From an uncultured Lachnospiraceae bacterium (lineage in GTDB: Bacteria; Bacillota; Clostridia; Oscillospirales; CAG-272), in NCBI GenBank assembly GCA_964645985.1, contig CAZYCC010000002.1, forward strand, positions 1-45,272: 45,272 bases of DNA. The letters are read 5' to 3'. The translations under genes and the position numbers were made by a program. Position 1 is the first letter of the stretch. Each line of letters begins with the position of its first letter. Shown piece by piece: positions 28,688 through 36,645 of this stretch. The notes under the pieces were generated by a model that saw only the letters and a list, made by a program, of their open reading frames with translations, was not told the origin of the DNA and ran no database searches.

Positions 28688-28785
28688 AGGCAAAAGCGGG
28701 AGGAAGGGAGCGGGCGCGGGGAAAGGGAGCGCGCGAGGGAGAGCGGGGACGGAAAATGAGGCGGGGGAGCACCCCAGGCGCTGCT

Positions 28786-30123
28786 TCAGGCAGGCGCTTT
28801 GGCTACCGCTTTGCTCTCTTCTTTTTGCGGATAGAGCGCGGAGAGGGTGATCCTGTCCTCGCTAAGGAGCAGCTCGGCAAGTTCCAGAATTTTCTCCCGC
28901 CCGGTATCAAGGAGAGCCTGCCCGTAGGCGAAGAGGTCGATCCCCTCGAGCGCGCAGGAGGTAAAAATAGCGGCGCTGCTCTCGGACCCCTCAAAGCAGC
29001 GTAGAAACTGCGCGTAGAGCACCCGCCGCCCGCGGTGAAAGACCTCACGCGAAATATTGCCCCGCCGCATCCACTCGATGTGCGAGAGGAAGCGCGACCG
29101 CACCTCCTCCGGGTCTTGCGCCTGCCCGAGGAAGGAGAGGCAGCTGTATCGGTCGGTGACCTCGCAGGAGCTGCGCGGTTCCTCGGGGACAATGCCCTTC
29201 TCGTAGAGCGAGGAGAGGAAGTCGTCGAGGACTATCCAAGAAAAGAGCGAGAGCGCGGCAGCCTCGCGCGCGCGCTCGTGAAGACCGCTCGGCAGGGGGT
29301 CGGCGCGCAGGCCAATACAGAACATCGGCATCGGCAGGGGCTTTTCGGCGGTCGTACGCGCACGGACGCTCGGGAGCGCAACCATAGGCGGCAGCCCCCG
29401 GGGCGGCAGGCGCGCCGGAGCGCCGGGCAGCAGCTCGTCGAGCAGCGCCGTCACGGACTCGATGTCGATAACGCCCGAGAGCGTGAGAATGACGTCGGTG
29501 AGGCGGTAGAAGGTATTGTAGAAGGAGAGGAGCGTCTTTCGCGTCACGGCGGAGATGCTCTGCGGGCTGCCGCAGACCCGCGTCGTCACGGGGGAGCGCT
29601 CGCCGAAGAGCGCGCGGTACATTCCCTCGCCGAGGGCAGTTTCCGGGTCGTCCTCGTAGAGCAGAATCTCCTGCGTGATGATGTCCCGCTCGCGCGCGAC
29701 GCTTTCCTCGGTGAAGTAGGGGTGGAGAAACCCGCAAAGCAGGGCGCGCAGCGCGGGCAGCACTCCCTCGCGCTCGCTGCAAGTGAAGAGATATACCGTC
29801 CCGGTGGGGCCGGTGTAGGCGTTGCCGTTCGCGCCAAAGGCGGCGAGCTTATCGAGCGTGTCCTCGCCGTCGGCGTTCTCGAAGAGCTTGTGCTCGAGAA
29901 AGTGCGCTGTGCCGCGCGGGAAGGGCGGCAGATCCTGTGCAAAGCGGCGCATCGCCGGGTCTTCCTCCAGCTCCCCGGCGGGGACGCCGAGGTAAACGGC
30001 GGTGCTCACTCGCTCTTTTGGCAGGAAGGCGACGCGCAGCCCGCTGCGGTGGCGATAAAGCAAACATCTCACCCCGAAGAGCGAGGTCTCGTCGCGAAGC
30101 AATGTCAGAGTGGAATCTGCCAT
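28786..30123 (-). CDS. M16-family zinc peptidase (active-site type)
   Basis: HxxEH zinc motif present (GTAHFLEHKLFE). Paired with a second M16 gene upstream, like Bacillus YmfF/YmfH. The ATG at 30123 is preferred over the TTG at 30144. Confidence 0.85.
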   Translation of the reverse strand: MADSTLTLLRDETSLFGVRCLLYRHRSGLRVAFLPKERVSTAVYLGVPAGELEEDPAMRRFAQDLPPFPRGTAHFLEHKLFENADGEDTLDKLAAFGANGNAYTGPTGTVYLFTCSEREGVLPALRALLCGFLHPYFTEESVARERDIITQEILLYEDDPETALGEGMYRALFGERSPVTTRVCGSPQSISAVTRKTLLSFYNTFYRLTDVILTLSGVIDIESVTALLDELLPGAPARLPPRGLPPMVALPSVRARTTAEKPLPMPMFCIGLRADPLPSGLHERAREAAALSLFSWIVLDDFLSSLYEKGIVPEEPRSSCEVTDRYSCLSFLGQAQDPEEVRSRFLSHIEWMRRGNISREVFHRGRRVLYAQFLRCFEGSESSAAIFTSCALEGIDLFAYGQALLDTGREKILELAELLLSEDRITLSALYPQKEESKAVAKAPA

Positions 30124-30232
30124 ACGCAAGATGGGGAGGGGCAAACGAGCGGGCGCGCGGGACTGTCTATTTCACGGAAAGCTGGGGCGGCGCGCGCGGG
30201 CTGCTTCTGTGCGATAGGGCTACCCGAGAGCA

Positions 30233-31573
30233 TTATTTCCCGCGCAGGAAATAGGCAATTTGCGGGTGGATGCGGCGCGCGATCGCGGCGACATCCTCGA
30301 TTTTGAGCGTGGGGAGAGCGGCGAGCAGCTCTTGCGGCGTGCGCGCGGCGATCTTTCCCGGCAGGAGGTGCTCGCGCAGCGAGAACTGCAGGAGCGAGCT
30401 AGGGTTATCGGCCATCTCGCGCAAAGACGCGGCGAGCGAGTGCAGGGCGGAGGACAGCTCCTCCGCCGTCACCTCCCCCGCGCGTAGGGCATCGAGCTGC
30501 GCGAGCATCGCGCCGGTCGCGCGCCGCCCCATCTCGGGGGAAACGCCCGCGCAAAAGAAGAGCACGCACCCGAGCATATCGCCGGCGGCGTAGCAATCGT
30601 AGCACAGCCCCTGCTCCTCGCGCACATGGCGGAAGAACTTCGACATCGGCGCGCCCGAGAGAATCTCCCGAAAAAGAAGAAACGCCGGCAAGCTCTCCCC
30701 CGCGACGTTGCCGTCTATGCGGCAGCCGACGCACAGCCGCCCCTGCAGCATTTCGTCGTACTCCTCAACGAAACGCAGCTCGCCCTCCCGTTCGCCCCGC
30801 CTCCAGAAGACGGGGAGCGGGCGCTCGGCGCGGTTTTTGCCAAGCAATGGCGAGAGTTTTTCACGCAAATAGGAGAGGACGATGTCCAGATCCTCGCTTC
30901 CCGCGTAGAAGATCTCCAGTGGCTGCTCCTCAAGGAGCGAATGATAATATTCGGTGAGCGAGGCGAGCGTCGCCGCGCGCAGCGATGCCTCATCTGAGAG
31001 GTCGCCGCGCGCGTATGGCTCCCCCGCGCAAAGCAGCTCTGTGCAGCGGCGGCGCGCATACGCCGCTTTCTCGTTGCGCTCGGCGCGCAGGGCGGCGAGG
31101 AGATTGCCGCGCTCTCGCTCGAGAAAATCGGCGCGCAGCAGTCGCTCGCCCATCACGATGCGCACCGGCGGGTCAAGGAGCAGCGAGAGAAAGAGGTCGA
31201 GCGCGCCCTCGGTGTTTTTGTCGAAGAACCTCCCGCGCGGGATGTCTGGCGGCAAGCTCCCCCCCTCCAGAAAAGATAGCGTAAACGCGGTGAGCCGCAC
31301 CTCGCCCCGCCGCGTCACGCGGCAGGAAACCGAGGGGTCGTAGAGCATATCGAGCGCGCGGTTGAGCCGCCCGAGCGAGGGATATTGGCGGCTGCCGAGC
31401 GAGAGTACCTGCGGCAGCAGCGCCGCTTCCGCTCCGCGCCCGTCCCCGAGCTGCGACAAAAAGACGAGCGTCAGCTCTCCCGAGGAGAAGCGCCCGCGCG
31501 GCAACGGCAGCAGGTGCGCCCGCACCCCCCGTCCGAGCGGAACCACCCTCTCAAATGTCGAAAAATTCACCAT
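30233..31573 (-). CDS. M16-family peptidase-like protein lacking the HxxEH motif
   Basis: Length and C-terminal half resemble M16 partners. I see no HxxEH in the N-terminal region. Start chosen at the ATG at 31573 (MVNFSTFERV); the upstream part of the track ORF is Arg/Cys-rich read-through. Confidence 0.7.
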   Translation of the reverse strand: MVNFSTFERVVPLGRGVRAHLLPLPRGRFSSGELTLVFLSQLGDGRGAEAALLPQVLSLGSRQYPSLGRLNRALDMLYDPSVSCRVTRRGEVRLTAFTLSFLEGGSLPPDIPRGRFFDKNTEGALDLFLSLLLDPPVRIVMGERLLRADFLERERGNLLAALRAERNEKAAYARRRCTELLCAGEPYARGDLSDEASLRAATLASLTEYYHSLLEEQPLEIFYAGSEDLDIVLSYLREKLSPLLGKNRAERPLPVFWRRGEREGELRFVEEYDEMLQGRLCVGCRIDGNVAGESLPAFLLFREILSGAPMSKFFRHVREEQGLCYDCYAAGDMLGCVLFFCAGVSPEMGRRATGAMLAQLDALRAGEVTAEELSSALHSLAASLREMADNPSSLLQFSLREHLLPGKIAARTPQELLAALPTLKIEDVAAIARRIHPQIAYFLRGK

Positions 31574-31768
31574 GGCAAACGCAAAACGAACGCACAGCCT
31601 AAGTGTAGCACAAAAGGAGGGGGATGTCAAATCGCTCGCCCCCGCAAATTCGGGCGGGCACCCCCTCGGGAGTGCGCTCATCAAACAAATCCCCGACCGC
31701 ATGGTCGGGGAGGTTTTGCGCGAGGGTCGCTTTGCGCTCGTACCGGGGAGTTTTTACTTTTCGTTCCC

Positions 31769-32713
31769 TTATTCCCCCACTCTCACGTTTCCGCGCGTTG
31801 TTTTTACTTCCGCGTAGCAGCGGGCATACTCGGGAGCGTCCTCGCCGAAGATGGTTTTGCCGTTCTCCTCGCGAGAAGGGAGGTTTGACGTGAGTTTGCC
31901 CGAGAGAGTTCGGCGCGTGAGGACGAGCGCAGTTGCGCGCGCCGCCGCGCCGCTGTCCTCCTCCCCGGCGGGGGAAAGGGAGAGCGCGATGTCTCCGTCG
32001 ACAGTTGTCGCAAGCAAATCTCGGCAGGAGAGAACCCGCACGGCGATGTCCCCGCCGACGCTCTCCACCTGCAAAAAATCGGCGGTCAACGCGTCGAGCG
32101 ATATGCCCCCGCTGAGTGTGTGCAGGGTTGCCTCTCCGCTGATAATCGGCGTCTCGAGCGAAATATCCCCTTCGCTCGCCTCAATGTCGACCGAGGGCGA
32201 TGTTAGATCTCGCAGCGCAATATCCCCCGAGACGCTTTTCACCGTGAGCGGGCGGTGCAGCGTCAAGCCCTCCCCGCGCACGCGCGCCGAGATCGTATTC
32301 ACCTCAAGCGAGACCGAGGCGGGCAGCTGCAGCGTTAGAACCTTCGCCGCGGCGTCGATGTCGCCGAGCGCGGCGCCGGGCGCGCAGTAGCGGATGTGCA
32401 GCTCGTCCCCTATCACCGCGATGTGCATTTTATGCTCATCCGGCAGCCCCGCGCTCGCCTCGCGCAAAAAGAGCGTCGTGCTGCCCCCGGTTTCAAGGGC
32501 GATGTCGCCGTCGAGATAGTCGATAGCGACCGCGTGAACCCCCTCCGGCGTGTAGCGATACTCCGAGCAGGCGGTGTAGGCGGCATCCTCATAGGCGGGG
32601 TAGAGCGCGGGTTCGCTCCACTCGCCGCACCCGCAGAGCGCGAGCGCCACCGCGAAAAGAAGCGCCCCGGCGAGCCGCCGCGCGCCCCCTCTCCCCCGCC
32701 AAGATGTCCTCAT
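31769..32713 (-). CDS. DUF4097-type beta-repeat lipoprotein
   Basis: From the ATG at 32713: signal peptide with lipobox (AVALALCGC). Then repeated S/G-G-D-I-(A/S)-L units (SGDIALRDL, EGDISLETP, SGGISLDAL, GGDIAVRVL, DGDIALSL). Confidence 0.8.
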   Translation of the reverse strand: MRTSWRGRGGARRLAGALLFAVALALCGCGEWSEPALYPAYEDAAYTACSEYRYTPEGVHAVAIDYLDGDIALETGGSTTLFLREASAGLPDEHKMHIAVIGDELHIRYCAPGAALGDIDAAAKVLTLQLPASVSLEVNTISARVRGEGLTLHRPLTVKSVSGDIALRDLTSPSVDIEASEGDISLETPIISGEATLHTLSGGISLDALTADFLQVESVGGDIAVRVLSCRDLLATTVDGDIALSLSPAGEEDSGAAARATALVLTRRTLSGKLTSNLPSREENGKTIFGEDAPEYARCYAEVKTTRGNVRVGE

Positions 32714-33051
32714 TGTCAAAAAAGATCCGCACCCGATGATTTTCCCAAAACGCCCCACTCGGCGGACGCCCGGGGATCGGTGCGGCCGCCGCGACCTCTC
32801 GCAAAACCCACATGGCGGGCTGTGAAAACGAACGAATGGGGTTGGTGCGCCCCCGCGAGCTCTCAGCCGCGCCCTGAAACAAAAGCCCGCCTATCCCGTT
32901 TGCCGAATCTCTCCCCCTCGCGGTGCGGTTTTCGCCGATGCGGACGGGGGGCAGCCGCCCCCCTTTCGCGCCGCTTTGGCCGCGAGAAGGGCCGCGCGAA
33001 AATCTGCCGCTCCCCGCAGGGCTGTGCGCCCTCCTGCTCCCGCGCCGCCTC

Positions 33052-34629
33052 TTACTCCCCCTCCCGCTCCAGTTCCTCGAAGAATTTTTTCTCGTCGATT
33101 CGGGCGAAGAGCGGGGGGGCGGGGGTGACGTGCACGCCGTCCTCGAGCGCGCCAAAGGAAGCGAGGCTGTCATAGTCGGAGGGAGGGTTCCCGAGCGCGG
33201 CGAGGATTTTCTCGCTCGTTTCGGGCATAAAGGGCGTGAGCAGCACCGCGCCGTAGCGGATTGTTTCAAGGAGATTGTACAGCACCGTTCCGAGCCGCTC
33301 GCGCGCGCCCTCATCCCGGGAAAGCGCCCAGGGAGAGGTCTCGTCGATATATTTGTTGGCGCGGCGGAAGAGGTCGAACACCGCGCTCTGCGCGTCGGAA
33401 ATATGCAGCGCGTCCATAGCCTTTTGCACCGCCTCACGCGCGCTCCCGCAAGAGGCGATCAGATCCTCGTCGGGCGATGCCGGGCGCACCGGCGGCGGCA
33501 CGACCCCGTCATAATATTTCATCACCATCGACAGGCATCGCGAAACGAGGTTGCCGAGGTTATTGGCAAGATCCTGATTGTAGACCGCGATGAGGCTCTC
33601 GTAACTAATCGATCCGTCGTTTTGGTAGGGCATTTCGCCGAGGACATAGTGGCGCACGCCGTCGACCGTGAAGCGGTCGGCAAGATCGTCGGCGTACAGG
33701 ACGTTGCCCTTCGATTTGGACATTTTGTCCTGCCCGAAGAGCAGCCAGCCGTGCCCGTAGACTTTCTTCGGTAGAGGCAGGTCTAGCGCCATTAAGATAA
33801 TCGGCCAGTAAATCGTGTGGAAGCGCACGATGTCCTTGCCGATGACGTGCAGATCCGCCGGCCAGTATTTTTGGAAGAGCTCCCCCCGCTCATCGACATC
33901 GTAGCCGAGAGCGGTGATGTAGTTGGAGAGCGCGTCGATCCAGACATAGACGACGTGCTTTGGGTCAAAGTCGACTGAAATTCCCCACCGAAAGGAGGTG
34001 CGCGAGACGCACAGGTCCTGCAGGCCGCCGTCTGCAAGGAGGAAGTTCTGCAGCATTTCGTTTGCGCGCGCCAGCGGGTCGATAAAGCCGGGGTTTTGGC
34101 GGATATGCTCGATGAGGCGCGGCGCGTACTTGCTCATGCGGAAAAAGTACGCCTCCTCCCTTGTCCACTGCACCTCTCTGCCGCAGTCGGGGCACTTGCC
34201 GTCCACAAGCTGCGATTTGGTATAGAAGGATTCACACGGCACGCAGTACCAGCCCTCGTACTCGTTTTTGTAAATATCCCCCTGCTCGAAGAGTCGCCTG
34301 AAGATATGTTGCACGACGCGCTCGTGCTGCGCATCGGTCGTGCGGATAAAATAGTCGTAGGAGGTGTTCATTTTATCCCAGATGCCGCGGATTGTCCCCG
34401 CGACCCCGTCGACATACTCCTGCGGCGATACGCCCGCCTCGCGCGCGCACTGCTCGATTTTGCTGCCGTGCTCATCGGTGCCGGTGCAGAAAAAGACATC
34501 GTAGCCCTGCTGCCGCTTAAAGCGCGCGATGGCGTCGGTGAGGATAATTTCGTATGTGTTGCCGATATGCGGCTTGCGCGATGCGTAGGCGATCGCCGTC
34601 GTGATGTAGTAGGGCTTTTTCTCAGGCAT
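33052..34629 (-). CDS. metG: Methionyl-tRNA synthetase (short form)
   Basis: PYYITTAIAYASRKPHIGNTYE (HIGH-type), C-x2-C knuckles (CVPCESF, CPDCG), KMSKSKGN. Confidence 0.96.
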   Translation of the reverse strand: MPEKKPYYITTAIAYASRKPHIGNTYEIILTDAIARFKRQQGYDVFFCTGTDEHGSKIEQCAREAGVSPQEYVDGVAGTIRGIWDKMNTSYDYFIRTTDAQHERVVQHIFRRLFEQGDIYKNEYEGWYCVPCESFYTKSQLVDGKCPDCGREVQWTREEAYFFRMSKYAPRLIEHIRQNPGFIDPLARANEMLQNFLLADGGLQDLCVSRTSFRWGISVDFDPKHVVYVWIDALSNYITALGYDVDERGELFQKYWPADLHVIGKDIVRFHTIYWPIILMALDLPLPKKVYGHGWLLFGQDKMSKSKGNVLYADDLADRFTVDGVRHYVLGEMPYQNDGSISYESLIAVYNQDLANNLGNLVSRCLSMVMKYYDGVVPPPVRPASPDEDLIASCGSAREAVQKAMDALHISDAQSAVFDLFRRANKYIDETSPWALSRDEGARERLGTVLYNLLETIRYGAVLLTPFMPETSEKILAALGNPPSDYDSLASFGALEDGVHVTPAPPLFARIDEKKFFEELEREGE

Positions 34630-34702
34630 AGGATAAAAAGAGGGGAGCGGGAGGAAAGATTATCGCGGGGCGCGCTCTCGCGAAAAAGCGAGAGGGCCGA
34701 TC

Positions 34703-35644
34703 TCACTTGCCCTCGAGCAGGGCGAGGATTTTCGTGAAGTATTCCGGCAAGGGGGACTCGAAGAGCATCTGCCGCCCATCGCGCGGGTGGGTAAAGCCGA
34801 GGATTTTCGCGTGCAGGCATTGCCCGGCGAAAAGGTCCTCGTGCGCGCGCTCGAAGGGGGTGCGCCCGCCGCCGTAGAGCAGATCCCCCGCGACCGGGTG
34901 CCCGAGCGATGCCATATGTACGCGAATTTGGTGCGTGCGCCCGGTGAAGAGCCGCAGCTCAACATAGGAGAACCCCGCAAAGGACCGCAGAACCCGATAG
35001 TCGGTGATCGCGCGCCGCCCCTCCTCTCGAACCGCCATCTTCACGCGATTAGTCGGGTGCCGCCCGATCGGCGCGTCGACCCTGCCGCTACTCTCGCGCG
35101 GCGCGCCGACGAGAACGGCGTGATACACGCGCGTGAAGTCGTGGCGCGCGATCATCTCCTGCAGCGCGATGTGCGTGTGGTCGTTTTTCGCCACGGCGAG
35201 CAGACCTGAGGTGTCCTTGTCGAGGCGGTGGACGATGCCCGGGCGCACCACCCCGCCCACCCCCGAGAGCCGCCCGCCCATGTGGTAGAGCAGCGCGTTG
35301 ACCATCGTCCCGCGCGGGCTGCCGGGCGCGGGGTGGACGACCATGCCCTTTGGCTTGTTGACGATCGCGAGGTCATCGTCCTCATAGACAATTTCGAGCG
35401 GGATGTCCTCCGGCTCCACGCTCGAGGGCTCGGGAGAAAAGAGAGACACCGCAACGAGGTCTCCCGCGAGAAGGCGGGTACTTTTCGCCGTGGGGGTGCC
35501 GTTGCGCGTGATGTCCCCACGCTCGAGAAGGCGCTGTACCGACGCGCGCGAAAGCCCTGTCATCGCGGCGGCGAACGCGTCAAGCCGCGCGCCCGCGTCA
35601 TCCTCCTCGACGACGAACACGAGCGGCCCTCCCACCTTATCCAT
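34703..35644 (-). CDS. rluD: 23S rRNA pseudouridine synthase RluD (YlyB-like)
   Basis: S4 domain, VHRLDKDTSGLLAVAKN, GRTHQIRVHMASLGHPVAGDLLYG. Overlaps the lspA stop by 8 nt, the same lspA-rluD order as in Bacillus. Confidence 0.93.
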   Translation of the reverse strand: MDKVGGPLVFVVEEDDAGARLDAFAAAMTGLSRASVQRLLERGDITRNGTPTAKSTRLLAGDLVAVSLFSPEPSSVEPEDIPLEIVYEDDDLAIVNKPKGMVVHPAPGSPRGTMVNALLYHMGGRLSGVGGVVRPGIVHRLDKDTSGLLAVAKNDHTHIALQEMIARHDFTRVYHAVLVGAPRESSGRVDAPIGRHPTNRVKMAVREEGRRAITDYRVLRSFAGFSYVELRLFTGRTHQIRVHMASLGHPVAGDLLYGGGRTPFERAHEDLFAGQCLHAKILGFTHPRDGRQMLFESPLPEYFTKILALLEGK

Positions 35645-36440
35645 GAGCGGAGAGGGAAGAATCGCCTGCCGCGGCGGGATGTGAGGGATCGCCCCGCTGC
35701 GCCGTATCTGCCGCCTGCGCCCCCTCGCCCGACTGAGCCGCCCCTGCCGCCATGCCCGCCGCGTCGGGCTTGTCCGATGCCGTGGAGTTCCCGCGCCCCT
35801 CTCCCGAGAGGACGCTTGTCACTTTGACGGAGATTGGCGCGGCGGCGGCAGTCGCGCCGCCCCGCGCGGGAGAGCTCTCTGTCGCGTGATCGGGCGCACC
35901 CCCCGCGGCGGCGCGCGAGGAGGTTTCGCGGCGGTGCGCGCGCAGCTCAAGTACAATCGCCGCGGCAAGGAAGAGCGCGACACCGACGCAAATACAGGCA
36001 TCCGCGAGGTTAAAGACCCAGTGCCAGAGGCGCGGGAAGGCGCAGAAGTCGATGAAATCGATCACCGCCCCCTCAAAGAGTTTCTCCCCGAAGAAGACGC
36101 GGTCGATACTGTTGCCGATGCCGCCTCCGGCGATCAGCGCGAGGCAGACCGCGGGGAAGGTCGGCAGCCCGACCTTGCGGCGAAAAACGAACAGCAAAAG
36201 AATAAGCCCAACGATGGCGACCGCCGAGAGCGTGAGAAAGACCACGCGCCCGGCGGCGTTCCCGGCGAACAGCCCCATCGTCGCGCCGGTGTTGCGCACG
36301 ATGGTTAAGCGCAGTGCCCCGGGGATAACTGTCACCGTGCGCGCGCCGCCGTCGGTCGCCGCCATCGCGAGCGCTTTAGTCAGTTGGTCGAGCGCGGGCA
36401 CCGCGAGCACCACGGCGAGCAGGAGAATGGTTGTCGCCAT
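35637..36440 (-). CDS. lspA: Lipoprotein signal peptidase II with ~100-aa low-complexity C-terminal tail
   Basis: LDQLTK, RNTGATMGLF, GGGIGNSIDRV, VIDFIDF, VFNLADACI. The tail from about residue 165 is Ala/Gly/Ser-rich. Confidence 0.9.
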   Translation of the reverse strand: MATTILLLAVVLAVPALDQLTKALAMAATDGGARTVTVIPGALRLTIVRNTGATMGLFAGNAAGRVVFLTLSAVAIVGLILLLFVFRRKVGLPTFPAVCLALIAGGGIGNSIDRVFFGEKLFEGAVIDFIDFCAFPRLWHWVFNLADACICVGVALFLAAAIVLELRAHRRETSSRAAAGGAPDHATESSPARGGATAAAAPISVKVTSVLSGEGRGNSTASDKPDAAGMAAGAAQSGEGAQAADTAQRGDPSHPAAAGDSSLSAHG

Positions 36441-36645
36441 TAGAGGAAGAAACGCGCGAGCTGCGCGGGGAGCGGGGAGGGGGGTCCCCTCTGAGCAGAC
36501 CTTCGGCCCGCGATTTTCGGGAGGGGACAGGAAAAAGGCGTGCTACAACAGGAAAGCGGCGGATACGCCCCCCGCGATCTTTGCGGGGAGCGGGGAAGGG
36601 AAGTATTGTGGGGGGAGATGCCGCGCGGCGGGGAGGGCAGCGGTT

